This document shows positions 41,712-53,175 of a DNA stretch of 64,000 nt, piece after piece. Made by a program: the position numbers and the translations under genes. This DNA comes from an uncultured Actinomycetes bacterium. Its GTDB lineage: Bacteria; Actinomycetota; Thermoleophilia; Gaiellales; Gaiellaceae. Numbering within the stretch: the stretch's first letter is position 1; each line of letters opens with the position of its first letter. The notes below the pieces were generated by a model that was not told the origin of the DNA, searched no databases, and saw only the letters and a program-made list of their open reading frames with translations. The stretch lies in the NCBI GenBank assembly GCA_963746435.1, contig CAVVAZ010000002.1, positions 143,222-207,221 on the forward strand, in the 5' to 3' direction.

Positions 41712-42889
41712 TTCCCGAGCCCCTCGACGATCGCTCGGGCGATCCTCCAGGGCTCCCCCACGCCAAGCGTCACGACGATGTCACCGGGACGAGCCCAGTG
41801 GAGCGCGATCTCCGATGCCGATGCGAGTGTCGGCGCCCAGCCGCGACGAACAGCTTTCGGAATGCGGTCGAGCACGAGCTTGCCGGTCACGCCAGGACGG
41901 GGCGCATCGCGGCCGTCGACGATGTCTGTGACGACCGCCATGTCAGCCAGCCCGAGCGCCGCGCCGAGCTCGGTTGCGAGCTGTCGTGTCCGCTCGTACA
42001 CATGCGGCTGGTAGACCGCGATCAACCGACCTTCGGTTCGCGCGCGAGCCGTCCTGAGCGTCGCCGCGATCTCCGTCGGGTTGTGGCCGTAGTCGTCGTA
42101 CACGCTGATCCCCTGACGATCGCCTACGAGCTCGAAACGCCGGCCCACTCCGCTGAAGCCGGCCACCGACTCCTCCGCCGCAGCCCGCGTGATCCCTGCG
42201 AGCTCGAGTGCCGCAAGTGCGGCGGCTGCGTTTCGGCGGTTGTGCTCGCCGGGGACGGCGAGCTCGAAGGAGACCGGGTCGAGCTCCCATCCTCTCACGA
42301 CCGCAGACGCCGCAGCCAGCCAGCTCGCGAAGAAGTCGGAGAGCTCGGCCTGAGAACCGTACGCCGCGTGGTGATCGAGCTCGACGTTCGTGACCACCGC
42401 GATCTCGGGGCGGAGGAGGCCGATCGAGCGGTCCGACTCGTCGCCTTCCACGACGAGCCAGCCATCCCCTGATCCCGCGTTGCCGCCGAGCTGCGGGACC
42501 ACGCCGCCGATGATCCAGGCGGGATCGTCTCCGAGCTCACGGAGGACGTGCGTGATCATCGCTGCGGTCGTGGTCTTGCCATGGGCGCCTCCGACGACGA
42601 TCGAGCGCCGAAGCGAGACGAGCTCGGCGAGGAACTCACCACGTGCCGTGCCCGCGCTGCGAGCGGTATGAGCAGCCGAGACGACGACCTCGAAGCCGCC
42701 GGGCGGCGTGGGCTCGCCGCCGATGTCGACTTCGATCCCCTCGAGCGACTCCAGGAAGATCGTCTCGCGAACGTCCCAGCCGCGAACCTCGGCTCCCCAG
42801 GCTTGCGAGATGTTCGCGTACGCCGAGAGCCCAGCCCCGCCGATGCCGACGAAGTAGATCCGCCGGCCTGCCAGCGGCCGCTCGCTCAC
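41708..42889 (-). CDS. murC: UDP-N-acetylmuramate--L-alanine ligase
   Basis: IYFVGIGGAGLSAYA...GGAHGKTTTAAMI...DESDRS are Mur ligase motifs. The ORF is intact at 393 aa. Confidence 0.9.
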   Translation of the reverse strand: MSERPLAGRRIYFVGIGGAGLSAYANISQAWGAEVRGWDVRETIFLESLEGIEVDIGGEPTPPGGFEVVVSAAHTARSAGTARGEFLAELVSLRRSIVVGGAHGKTTTAAMITHVLRELGDDPAWIIGGVVPQLGGNAGSGDGWLVVEGDESDRSIGLLRPEIAVVTNVELDHHAAYGSQAELSDFFASWLAAASAVVRGWELDPVSFELAVPGEHNRRNAAAALAALELAGITRAAAEESVAGFSGVGRRFELVGDRQGISVYDDYGHNPTEIAATLRTARARTEGRLIAVYQPHVYERTRQLATELGAALGLADMAVVTDIVDGRDAPRPGVTGKLVLDRIPKAVRRGWAPTLASASEIALHWARPGDIVVTLGVGEPWRIARAIVEGLGK

Positions 42890-44011
42890 GGCCGCCGGCT
42901 CTCGCCTTGAGACACAGTGTTATCTGACACCCGCTCGCCCCCGGCGCGGGCAAGCTCGACGAGCTCGTCGGCGATGACGTGTGCAGCATCGGGTCGTGCG
43001 AGGACCCGCATCGCGGCGCTCATCGCCTGGAGGCGCTCCGGATCGCCGAGCAGCTCGGCGACGAGCTCCGGGACGCGCGCCAGGTCCTGCTCCCGCACGA
43101 CGATTGCCCCACCGCCGGCCTCGAAGTGACGGGCGTTCAGCGCCTGGTGATCCGCGGTGGCGTATGGGTACGGCACGAGAATCGCCGGCGTGCCGGTCGC
43201 CGCGAGCTCCCAGACGGTGCCGCCGGCACGCGAGAGCGCGAGGTCCGCGACCGCGAGCGCCTCGCCGAACCGGTCGGTCGACTTCACGAGCACGTAGTTC
43301 GCCCGCGTCACGCGAGGGCGAAGTGCGTCGTAGTCTCGCTCGCCCGCGATATGAAGCACTGCCGGTCCCCGCTCGGCGTACGTCGAGACTGCGAACTCGT
43401 TCAGAGCCTGAGCTCCCGCGAGCCCCCCGAAGACCGCGAGCACCGGCTCGTCCTGGGGGAGACCGAAGTGCGCCCGGCCCCTCGGCCGCGCTCGCGCCCA
43501 GGTGCGCGCGCGGGATCGGCCGCCCCACGACGCGGTACTTCGGCCCGCTCCTGCCGGGAATCGCGTACCCGAGAAAGACCCGACGCGCGAAAGGCACCGC
43601 GAGGCGATTCGCGAGCCCGAGATGGGCGTCCGCCTCGGTCAGAGCGGCGGGTATCCCACGCAGACGCGCGGCGAGCACCATCGGCCCGGCGACGTACCCG
43701 CCGCCGCCGAGAACGACGTCGGGCTTCCTCCGCGCCAGGATCCGCAGGCAGGCGAACGGCGCGCGCGCCGCGAGGAAGAGTGCCCGGAGGAGCCCGACCC
43801 CGATCCGCCGAGGGAATCCCGAGACGGAGAACGTGTCGAGCTCGAAGCCCGCTTCAGGAACCAGCTGCGACTCGACGCGGTCGGGCGACCCGGCGAAGGT
43901 CACCGTCACCCCGCGCTCGCGTAGAGCCTCCGCGACCGCGAGCGCGGGTCGTACGTGTCCGGCGGTTCCGCCGGCCGCGATCAGGCACACGAGCTTGGAC
44001 GACGCGCTCAT
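42886..44011 (-). CDS. murG: undecaprenyldiphospho-muramoylpentapeptide beta-N-acetylglucosaminyltransferase, with an apparent frameshift near 43460
   Basis: The N-terminus CLIAAGGTAGHVRPALAVAEAL...GGGGYVAGP is in ORF 42920..44011. The C-terminus ...LSRAGGTVWELAATGTPAILVPYPYATADHQALNA is in ORF 42886..43443. Confidence 0.85.
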
Positions 44012-45093
44012 TGACGGCGATGTTAAGGAGAATGCCGACCCCCGCGAGGAGCACGACGAGACTCGAGCCGCCGTACGAGACGAACGGCAGTGGGATCCCG
44101 GTGAGCGGCGCGATCCCGAGCACGGCGGCGAGGTTGATCGCCGCCTGGCCGCAGACGAGGGCGGTCAGCCCGGCGGCCAAGAGCTTCCCGAACGGGTCAC
44201 GGCAACGCAACGCGATGCGGAAGCCGGCAAACCCGAAGGCGGCGAAGGCACCGATCACGAACACGGACCCGAAGAGACCGAGCTCCTCTCCGATGACCGC
44301 GAAGATCATGTCCGTGTGCGCCTCCGGGAGATACAGGATCTTCTGCACACCCTCGCCCAGACCCTCGCCGGTGATTCCGCCCGAGCCGATCCCGATCGTC
44401 GCCTGCACGATCTGGAAGCCGGAGCCCTGCGCGTCGCTCCACGGATCGAGGAAGCTGAACACACGCGCGCGCCGGTAGGGCTCGGACCAGATCGCGCCGA
44501 GACCGACCGCCAGTGCGAGCAGCGATGCGACGGCGAGAAGTCGCAGCGGTACCCCCGCCACGAGCAGCACCCCGAGCATCATCACGCAGAGGGAGATCGT
44601 CGTCCCGAGGTCGGGCTCGAGCAAGATCAGGCCGCAGAAGATCGCGGTCACGATTCCGAGCGGGCTTTGCGAGCTCGCCGAGCGTACGAGGCGGCGGTCG
44701 CCTCGCCAGGTAGACCGCGGCGAAGAGACAGAGCGAGAGCTTCGCGAGCTCGGAGGGCTGGAAGCTCGCGGGCCCGACGAAGAACCAGCGATGGGCGCCG
44801 TTCACGGCCGGCGAGGCGACGAGCACGGCCGCGCACAGGCCCAGCGCGACGACGAGCAAGGCGGGCGCGAGATAGCGCAGCCGGTGGTAGTCGACGCGCG
44901 AGGCGGCGGCCATCAAGACGACGCCGAGGAGCGCGTACACGGCCTGCCGCTGGAGATAGGCCATCGAGTTGCCGTCGCCGAGCGCGGCGGACGCCGAGGT
45001 CGCGCTGTAGACCATCACGAGCCCGAACGCGACGAGCCCGAGCGTGATGAAGGTCAGGAGCCGCTGGTCGAAGCGGCCGTCGGTCGCCCGGCT
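43854..45093 (-). CDS. ftsW: SEDS-family cell division protein FtsW, with an apparent frameshift near 44660
   Basis: N-terminal TM helices lie in the frame of ORF 44197..45831 (MSRATDGRFDQRLLTFITLGLVAFGLVMVYSATS...). The C-terminal half lies in ORF 43854..44651 (...GSGFQIVQATIGIGSGGITGEGLG...PEAHTDMIFAVIGEELG...SYGGSS). Confidence 0.8.
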
Positions 45094-46388
45094 CATGCGA
45101 AGCTCCTGGACGAGGCGCCGAAACGTCGTCCCCCGGTCCTCGAAGCTCTCGAACTGGTCGAAGCTCGCACAGGCCGGTGAGAGCAAGCACGACGTCGCCG
45201 GCGGACAGCCGCTGCCGCCGCTTCGCGCCAGAGCCGAGCGGAGAGCGTGCCGTCGATGACGTACGGAAACGCCTTCGCGTCGTCGAGCGCCGCGGCGATC
45301 GCGCGCTGCCGCCTCTCCGATGACGATACGCGCGGTCTCCGGGCTTGAACGCCTCGGCGAGCGGCGCGTACGGCTCGGCCTTCCCGCGTCCCCCGAGCGA
45401 TCACGTGGAGGCGCGAGTCGGGAAACGAGGCGAGGGCGCGCAGCGCGGCGGCCACGTTGGTGGCCTTCGAGTCGTTCACGTAGCGCACGCCCCGCAGCTC
45501 GCCGCACGAGCTCGATCCGATGCGGGACGCCGGGAAAGGAGCGGAGCGCATCTGCGATGGCGGCGTCGTCGATCCCCGCGGCGCGGGCTGCGGCAGTCGC
45601 TGCCGCAGCGTTCTCGCGATTGTGGGCGCCCGGAATGCTCGGCTCGGCGGGAAGCGGATCGTCGAAGCCGGAACTCGACTCGACGAGCGCGTCCCCGGCA
45701 CCGGCCCGTATCCGCGTGGGAACGACGGCGGTGTCGTCCTCGGTCTGCCGCTCGAAGACGCGAAGCTTGATCTCGGAGTACGACTCGAAGGTGCCGTGGC
45801 GGTCGAGATGATCGGGCTCGAGGTTCAGCAAGGACGGCGATCCGCGGGCGGAGCGTCTCGACGTCCTCGAGCTGGAAGGACGAGAGCTCGCACACGATCC
45901 AGCTCTCGGGCGCGACGGAGCCGACGAGCGCCGTCAGCGGCCGTCCGACGTTCCCCGCCACTTCGACCGGCCGCCCGGCGGCACGGAAGATGGCGCCGAG
46001 GAGCTCGGAGGTCGTCGTCTTCCCGTTCGTCCCCGTCACGCCGAGAATCGGGTTCGGGAGCAGCCGTGCGCCGAGCTCGATCTCGCTCCACACCGGAATC
46101 CCGCGCGCGCGCGCGTCTGCGACGAGCCGCGTCTCCCCGGGGACGCCCGGGCTCTTGACGAGCAAATCTGTCCCCTGCAGCAACGTCTCCTCCCGCCTCC
46201 AGGCGATTGGTCCGAGGTGAACTTCGACGCCGAGCGCGCGGAGCCTTCCCGCCTCCGACGCTCTCGTCGCGGTCGTACCCGACTACCTCGGCGCCCGCAG
46301 CGGCGAGTGCCTCCGCCGCTGCCTGACCGGAGCGGGCGAGCCCGACGACGAGGACGCGGGCGCCCTCGAGCTCCGGCGCTGCGCTCAA
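45090..46388 (-). CDS. murD: UDP-N-acetylmuramoylalanine--D-glutamate ligase, split across at least four frames
   Basis: The N-terminus MSAAPELEGARVLVVGLARSGQAAAEAL is in ORF 45825..46388. The middle [19 protein letters not shown] is in ORF 45476..46183. Next, VRYVNDSKATNVAAALRAL is in ORF 45093..45701. The C-terminus IPGAHNRENAAAA...SPACASFDQFESFEDRG lies in the frame of ORF 44197..45831. Confidence 0.8.
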
Positions 46389-47401
46389 CTCTCGACGAAC
46401 TGCAGGAAGTCGCGGTAGAAGAGCGCGAAGCCGGACGCGCAGAGGATCGCGCAGATGATCCAGAACCGCACCATGATCTTCGTCTCCGACCAGGCCTTCA
46501 TCTCGAAGTGATGATGGATCGGCGCGATCAGGAACACGCGCCTGCCCGTCCGCTTGAAGCTGACCACCTGGATGATCAGCGAGAGCACCTCGATCACGAA
46601 GATCCCGCCGATCAGGAGCAGCAGGATCTCGGTGTCCGTGACGATCGCGAACCCGGCGATCGCGCCGCCGAGGGCGAACGAGCCCGTATCGCCCATGAAC
46701 ACCTCGGCCGGGTGGGCGTTGTACCAGAGGAACCCGATCGTCCCTCCGATCAGGGCCGCGGCCAGGGTGGCGAGGTCGAGGTAGACGTCGCTGCGCGCGC
46801 CGGGATCTCCGGAGCGAAGCCAGGAGATGCCCGCGATCGCGAGGAAGGTGAGGAGCGCGATCGTCGCGGTGCCCGCGAAGAGCCCGTCGATCCCGTCGGT
46901 CAGGTTGGCGCCGTTCACCGTGCCCGCGATGACGAGGAAGAGGAACGGGTAGTAGAAGACGCCGAGCTCCAGATTCCAGCCGGCGACCGGGACGTAGATC
47001 GCGGTGTCGAAGGTGTCGGTCTCCCGCAGGAGCAGCGCCGCGCCGACCGTGATCGCGACGAGGAGTACCATCTTCCAGCGGCCCGGCAGCCCGAGCGAGC
47101 GTCTGCGGCGGACCTTCAGGTAGTCGTCGGCGAAGCCGATTGCGGCGCAGCCGACCGTGATGAAGAGCACCGTGAGCGCCTCGGCCGTGTACTGGGAGAG
47201 TGCGAGAAAGGGCAGCACGGCGCAGCCGACGATCAGCAGTCCGCCCATCGTGGGCGTCCCCTGCTTCACGACGTGGGTGGCAGGCCCCTCCGCGCGGATC
47301 TGCTGACCGAGGTCGCCAGCCCGAAGCCTCTCGATGAACCTGGGCCCGATCACGACGGCCGAGACCATCGCGAGGAGGCCCGCGATCAGGACAGGGACCA
47401 T
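46385..47401 (-). CDS. mraY: phospho-N-acetylmuramoyl-pentapeptide transferase
   Basis: The 338 aa starting [13 protein letters not shown] contain the motifs GTPTMGG, NLTDGIDGL and HHHFE. The ORF is read through upstream into murF without a stop. Confidence 0.9.
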   Translation of the reverse strand: MVPVLIAGLLAMVSAVVIGPRFIERLRAGDLGQQIRAEGPATHVVKQGTPTMGGLLIVGCAVLPFLALSQYTAEALTVLFITVGCAAIGFADDYLKVRRRRSLGLPGRWKMVLLVAITVGAALLLRETDTFDTAIYVPVAGWNLELGVFYYPFLFLVIAGTVNGANLTDGIDGLFAGTATIALLTFLAIAGISWLRSGDPGARSDVYLDLATLAAALIGGTIGFLWYNAHPAEVFMGDTGSFALGGAIAGFAIVTDTEILLLLIGGIFVIEVLSLIIQVVSFKRTGRRVFLIAPIHHHFEMKAWSETKIMVRFWIICAILCASGFALFYRDFLQFVES

Positions 47402-48665
47402 GCCTCGGCGAAGTTCGCGATCTCCTGCGCGATGCCTTCGAGACCGACGGCGCGTGAGGCCTTCACGAGCACCGCGTCTCCGGGCTGGAGAAAGGCGCGA
47501 GCGGCGGACGACCGCTCGCTCGCCGTCGGCGGCCCACAGCGCGGGGCCGTAGAGCCGCGCACGCTCTCCCACTCCGATCACCTCGACTTCGAGCTCGACC
47601 GCGAGCTCGCCGATGCCGCGGTGAAAGTCCTCGGAGGCGTCGCCGAGCTCTGCCATCTCGCCCAGGATCGCAACCCGCCGGCGGCCTCCCGCACGCTCGA
47701 CCAGATGGAGCAGTGCGGCGCGCATCGAGTCGGGGTTCGCGTTGTAGGCGTCGTTGATGACGAGCCCGCCACCGGGGAGCGGGAGCTCCTCGCCTCGCCA
47801 GGGCGAGAGCCGGATGTCCCGGGCTCCTTCGTCGGCCCTGTCGAGCGGCAGGCCGAGCGCGTCGTACGCGTGCAGAGCCGCGAGCGTGTTGACCGCCTGG
47901 TGCGCCTGGGTGAACGGCAGATCGAGCTCGACCACCGTCCCGCCGACGCCGGAAGCGCCCGTGGCCGTCCTCGAACTCGAGGTCGTCCGCTGCAAAGCGG
48001 CGCACCTCGATGTCCTCGCGCTCGCAGGTACGGCTCGAGCTCCGAAGCGGCCGCCGGGACGACGGCTACTCCTCCGGACGGTAGTGCGGCGATCGCCTCG
48101 GCATTCGCCTGGGCGACCCGCTCGACGGTGCCGAGCAGCTCGAGGTGCTCGGGCCCGATGTGCGTGACGATGCGCGACGTCAGGACGCGCGACGGCGCAG
48201 AGCGCGGCGATCTGGCCGAGCCCTCGCATCCCCATCTCGGTGACGAGGATCTCCGTGTCGGGCTCGAGCCGAAAGACGGTCAGCGGGACGCCGATCTCGT
48301 TGTTGAGGCTCCGCTCGGCCCAGACGGTGCGGCGCGTGTGGCGCGCAGAGGGCCCCGAGGATGTCCTTCGTCGACGTCTTTCCCGTGGAGCCCACGACGG
48401 CGACGACCCGAGCCGTGCTCTTCGAGCGGACGAGCGACGCGAGCGCGGCAAGCGCCGCGTCCTGGTCGTCCGGCACGAGCGTCGCCGCTCCACGTCCCGC
48501 TGGCGTCCGCGACGAACTCCTGCCGGTGTTGATCGCGACGAAGAGGTCGCCGGCCCCAACCTCACGTGAGTCGGCCTCGATCCCCGTGATCACCGCGCCC
48601 GACCTGCCGCCCTCGAGCCGGCCGAGACCGAGGTCGGCGATCTCCTCGAGGCGCAGCGGAATCAT
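47398..48665 (-). CDS. murF: UDP-N-acetylmuramoyl-tripeptide--D-alanyl-D-alanine ligase, with at least two apparent frameshifts
   Basis: The N-terminus [20 protein letters not shown]...[12 protein letters not shown] is in ORF 48180..48665. The C-terminal half ([17 protein letters not shown]...[12 protein letters not shown]) lies in the frame of ORF 46385..48565. Confidence 0.8.
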
Positions 48666-50123
48666 CGGGCAGCTCCTTGTGCGCCGTGAGGGTGGGCGGC
48701 GAGCGCGTCACGGGCCACCTCCCGGTCGTCGAACGGGTGCACGACGCCGTCGATCTCCTGCCCGAGCTCGTGCCCCTTGCCCGCGATGACGACGACGTCC
48801 CCCGCCTCGGCGAGCGTGATCGCACGGCCGATGGCGGAACGACGGTCGGGGTCGATCTCGACATCGACACCGGCGCCTTGGAGAACGTCTTCGATGATCG
48901 CGACAGGCTTCTCGGAGCGCGGATTGTCGGACGTCACGATCGCGACGTCCGACAGCTCGACGGCGACCTTCCCCATGAGCGGGCGCTTCCCTCGGTCCCG
49001 ATCGCCACCCGGCGCCGAAGACGACGATGACTCGGCCCTCGCCGAGCTCACGAGCGGCCCGTAGGACGGTCTCGAGCGAGTCAGGCGTGTGGGCGTAGTC
49101 GACCAGCACCGCAAACGGCTGCCCTTCGTCGATCGCCTCGAGACGTCCGGGGACGTCCTGCACCGCCGCGATTCCGGCGGCGATCGCCTGCTCGTCCAGA
49201 TCGAGGAGGAGTCCCGCCGCGACGGCTCCGAGCACGTTCGCGACGTTGAAGCCGCCACGGAGCGTGGTCTCGATCCCGATTCCAGCGGCCTGGAATCGGC
49301 TCCCGTGAGCCGTGAGCTCGAGTGCCTCGGGCCGTATCTCCGCGTCTTCGGCGAGGCCGAACGTGACCAGCGGCGCGCGATGCACGTCGGCGAGCTCCAC
49401 CGCGAGCCGCCGACCCCATTCGTCGTCGACGCTCACGGCCGCGGGCGGTGGCTGCGCACCTGCGAAGAGCCTGCGCTTCGCCGCGAAGTACTCCTCCATC
49501 GTCCCGTGCAGGTCGAGGTGATCCTGGCTCAGGTTCGTGAAGACGAGCGCATCGAACCGCACCCGGTCGAGGCGTCTCAACGCCGCTCCATGGGAGGATG
49601 CTTCAAGCGCGACGCTGCGGTCGCCGGCGTCGAGCATCTCCCGCAGGAGCCGTTGCAGGTCTATCGCCTCCGGTGTCGTGAACGGCGCGGGCCGGCGCTC
49701 CCCGCCGACCACCCATTCGACCGTTCCGACGAGCCCTGGCCGGCGGCCGGCGGCCTCGAGTATCGACCGCAGGAGAAAGGCGGTCGTCGTCTTCCCGTTC
49801 GTCCCCGTCACTCCGGCGACCTCGAGCTCCTTCGTCGGCTCGCCGAAGAACGTGTCCCCCGCGATGGCCATTGCCGTTCGGACGTCGTCGACAACGAGCT
49901 GCGGCACTGAGACCTCGAGCTCGCGCTCGACCACGAGCGCTTCGGCGCCACGCTCGATCGCCTCCCACGCGAGATCGTGACCGTCCGCACGCTGGCCGCG
50001 CACGCAGAAGAAGAGCGCGCCCCTCGCGACCTTCCTCGTGTCGTATGCGAGGTCGCGGATCTCGACCGGCCGCGCTCCGGTCACCTCGCTCGGGGCGAGC
50101 GCCCGGACAAGGGCCTCGAGCAT
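48662..50123 (-). CDS. murE: UDP-N-acetylmuramoyl-L-alanyl-D-glutamate--2,6-diaminopimelate ligase, with an apparent frameshift near 49040
   Basis: [15 protein letters not shown]...ALEASSHG...[10 protein letters not shown] is in ORF 48708..50201. The C-terminus [32 protein letters not shown] is in ORF 48662..49258. Confidence 0.85.
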
Positions 50124-50172
50124 CACTGCATTCGAAAGGCTAGATCGATGCTCACGTCGACCCGGCTCCGAG

Positions 50173-51858
50173 CTAGCGGCGAGACCTCGGCGCCCACGCA
50201 TCCGGGGGAACCGCGAGGTGCTGCAGGTTGAAGCGGGCGATCTCCTTGAAAGCGGGTGCCGCGACCGTACCGCCCCAGATCGAGGCGCGCGGCTCGTCGA
50301 CCATCACCATGATCACGAGCCGCGGCTTCGTCGCGGGCACGAGCCCGACGAACGACGCGACATAGCGAGAGGTCGAGTAACGCCCGTTCGGCTCGATCTT
50401 TGCGGCCGTCCCGGTCTTTCCGGCAACCGTGTACCCCGGAATCGCCGCCTCCGTTCCGGTTCCCTCGAGCACCACACCGCGAAGCATGGAGAGCATCTGC
50501 TCCGAGACCTCTCGCGAGAAGATGCGCCGCCCCGCGCGGTGCTCGACCGAGACGCCGTCGATGCGGTCGACCAGGTGGGGTTGCACGAGCCTGCCACCGT
50601 TCGCCACGGCCGCATACGCACGCGCCATCTGAATGGGCGTGACGGCGATCCCGTGACCGATCGGCACGGTGCCGATGGTCGAGCCGGACCACTGCTCGAG
50701 CGGAAGCGCGAAGCCCGACGACTCTCCCGGGAAGTCGATCCCGGTGGAGGCTCCGAAGCCGAAGCGCTCGATCCACGAGGCGAGCCGACCCTCACCCAGC
50801 CGCTGCGCGATGGTGATCGTCCCGATGTTCGACGAGAGCTCGACGATCTGGCGCACGCTCAGCCGTTCGGTCCCCCGCGTGTGAGACTCGCGGATCACCC
50901 GGTCCGCGACGTGCAGCGTCGGCGCGAGCCGGAACGACGTTCGGGGTGTCACGACTTGCTCCTGGAGCGCGGCGGTGAACGTCACGAGCTTGAACGTCGA
51001 GCCCGGCTCGTAGGTGTCGGTGACGGCGCGATTTCGGCGCCGGTCTGCCCGCGTCGTCGGGAAGCGGTTCGCGTTGTATCCGGGTGCCACCGCCATCGCG
51101 TAGACCTCACCGGTGTACGGGTCCAGCACGATCGCGGTGGCGGCTTTCGCTCCGTAGCGGCGGACCGTCTCGGACAGGACGGCCTCGGCATTCGCTTGGA
51201 TCTGCTGATCGATCGTGAGTCGGACGTTCTTGCCCGGCGTCTCCGATCGCGTGCTGACGACGTCGAGCGCTCGGCCCAGCGGGTCCTTGACGATCGTCTG
51301 GCTGCCCGGCCGGCCGCCGAGATCCCGTTCGAGCAGCCGCTCGAGCCCCTCGAGCCCCTTGTTGTCGAGACCCGCAAAGCCGAGCACCTGTGAGGCAACT
51401 CGCCGCTGGGGGTACGTCCGGAGCTCCTCCGGATAGAAGCCCAGCCCGGGCAAGCCGAGCTTCTCGAGCTTCTCCGCGGCCAGCGGATCGACCTTGCGCG
51501 CGAGATACACGAACCCCTTCGACCGGTCCGTGAGCAGTGCGAAGACCGCCGCCGGGTCGAGCCGCAGAGCCTTGGCGACCGCCAGCGTCGCGGCGCGGGG
51601 GCGATCGACCTGCCGCGGGTTGGCATAGACCGTGATCGCCCGCTCGCCGATCGCGAGGGGCTTCCCGTTGCGATCGAAGATCGTGCCGCGCGCGGAGGGT
51701 ACGACGACCGTCTCGCGATGCTGCGCGACCGCCATCGCAGCGTATTCGGCGCCGTTCACCGCCTGGAGCCAGAACGCACGCACGAGCGCCGCGCCGAGCA
51801 CTGCCGCGAACACGACCGCGAGGACGAAGATCCGCCGATTAGCCGCCGCCGGCCTCAC
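50173..51858 (-). CDS. ftsI: penicillin-binding protein 2 / FtsI (peptidoglycan D,D-transpeptidase)
   Basis: An N-terminal TM is followed by a dimerisation domain and a transpeptidase domain with STFK, SSN and KTGTA motifs. The ORF is intact at 561 aa. Confidence 0.9.
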   Translation of the reverse strand: MRPAAANRRIFVLAVVFAAVLGAALVRAFWLQAVNGAEYAAMAVAQHRETVVVPSARGTIFDRNGKPLAIGERAITVYANPRQVDRPRAATLAVAKALRLDPAAVFALLTDRSKGFVYLARKVDPLAAEKLEKLGLPGLGFYPEELRTYPQRRVASQVLGFAGLDNKGLEGLERLLERDLGGRPGSQTIVKDPLGRALDVVSTRSETPGKNVRLTIDQQIQANAEAVLSETVRRYGAKAATAIVLDPYTGEVYAMAVAPGYNANRFPTTRADRRRNRAVTDTYEPGSTFKLVTFTAALQEQVVTPRTSFRLAPTLHVADRVIRESHTRGTERLSVRQIVELSSNIGTITIAQRLGEGRLASWIERFGFGASTGIDFPGESSGFALPLEQWSGSTIGTVPIGHGIAVTPIQMARAYAAVANGGRLVQPHLVDRIDGVSVEHRAGRRIFSREVSEQMLSMLRGVVLEGTGTEAAIPGYTVAGKTGTAAKIEPNGRYSTSRYVASFVGLVPATKPRLVIMVMVDEPRASIWGGTVAAPAFKEIARFNLQHLAVPPDAWAPRSRR

Positions 51859-51865
51859 GCCGCTC

Positions 51866-52216
51866 TCACCGGGGCGCGAGCTCGACGACGACGGTGGTCT
51901 CCGGGTCGGCGAGGACGAGGCCGAGCTCCTCGCGGGCGACGCGCTCGACCTGCACCGTGGCCCCGGCGCTCGAGAGCTCCGCGCGAATCTGCGCCAGATC
52001 CGCCTCGAGCTGCGAGCGCTCGCGACTGGCGCGATCGAGATCGAGATTGAGCCGAAGGACGGCGACGTTCACCGCAACGACCCCTGCAAGAAGGCTCGCG
52101 AAGAGGACGATCCACACAACGCCGCCGGCCAGCAGGCGGGGCCGCTCGACCGACCGCGCCCTGCGACGTGTCCGGGGACGTCCGAGGAGCCGAGCCCCCT
52201 GAGCGATGGAGGACAT
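51866..52216 (-). CDS. ftsL: FtsL-like septum formation initiator
   Basis: A small protein with one TM (VVWIVLFASLLAGVVAV) followed by a coiled coil. It sits between rsmH and ftsI. Confidence 0.6.
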   Translation of the reverse strand: MSSIAQGARLLGRPRTRRRARSVERPRLLAGGVVWIVLFASLLAGVVAVNVAVLRLNLDLDRASRERSQLEADLAQIRAELSSAGATVQVERVAREELGLVLADPETTVVVELAPR

Positions 52217-53175
52217 CAGACTTTGACCGCCACGCGCAATCGCGCAGAGGCCGCTCGCGGATTGCTCTCCACCTCGTGCGCCGAAGGGCGCACGGGCCTC
52301 GACGTGACGATTCGAAGCTCGGGCTCACGCCCGCAGACGCACACGGGGAAGTCGGGCGGGCAGGTGCAGCCCCGAGCGCGGTCGCGAAGGAACCGTTTCG
52401 CGATCCGGTCCTCCAGCGAGTGGAAGCTGATCACCGCCAGCCGCCCCCCGGGCCGGAGCATCTCGAACGCAGCCGGAAGCCCGTGCTCGAGCGACTCGAG
52501 CTCGTGGTTGACCTCGATCCTGAGCGCCTGGAAGACCCGCTTCGCCGGATGCCCTTCGCCGAATCGCGCCGGCGCGGGTATCGACGCGCGCACGACGTCC
52601 ACGAGCTGACCCGTGCGCTCGATCGGGCTCTCCTCGCGGCGGCGGACGATTCCGCGGGCGATCTGGCGCGCGTAACGCTCCTCGCCGAACTTCCTGAAGA
52701 TGGACGCCAGCTCGCGCTCGTCCCAGCTCGAGACCACCTCGGCCGCGGTGAGCTCCTCCGAGGGGTCCATGCGCATGTCGAGCGGCGCGTCGGTCGCGTA
52801 GGAGAACCCACGCTCGGGGCGGTCGACCTGCATCGAGGAAAGCCCCAGGTCGAGCAGCACGACGTCGGCTTTCACGTCGTTGGACGCGAGCTGCCCGAGG
52901 ACGACGGCGTAGTCCCCGCGCAGGAAGCGCATCTGCACTCCTTGCGCGGAAGCCTTCACCTGGTCGAAATACGAGCGGACGGTCGGATCGCGGTCGATCG
53001 CGACGAGCTTTCCGCGGCCCTCGAGATCGGCAGCCAACAGCCGTGAATGGCCGCCCGCGCCGAAAGTGGCGTCGACGACCGTCTCTCCCGACTGGACCGC
53101 GAGGAGCCGCTGTACCTCGTCGGCGAGGACCGGGACGTGATCAGCCGCGTTGGTTCGCAAGACGTTCGGCAACAT
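52216..53175 (-). CDS. rsmH: 16S rRNA (cytosine1402-N4)-methyltransferase RsmH (MraW)
   Basis: HVPVLADEV...VDATFGAGGHS...DLGLSSMQVD. The ORF is intact. The start may be downstream of 53175. Confidence 0.9.
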   Translation of the reverse strand: MLPNVLRTNAADHVPVLADEVQRLLAVQSGETVVDATFGAGGHSRLLAADLEGRGKLVAIDRDPTVRSYFDQVKASAQGVQMRFLRGDYAVVLGQLASNDVKADVVLLDLGLSSMQVDRPERGFSYATDAPLDMRMDPSEELTAAEVVSSWDERELASIFRKFGEERYARQIARGIVRRREESPIERTGQLVDVVRASIPAPARFGEGHPAKRVFQALRIEVNHELESLEHGLPAAFEMLRPGGRLAVISFHSLEDRIAKRFLRDRARGCTCPPDFPVCVCGREPELRIVTSRPVRPSAHEVESNPRAASARLRVAVKV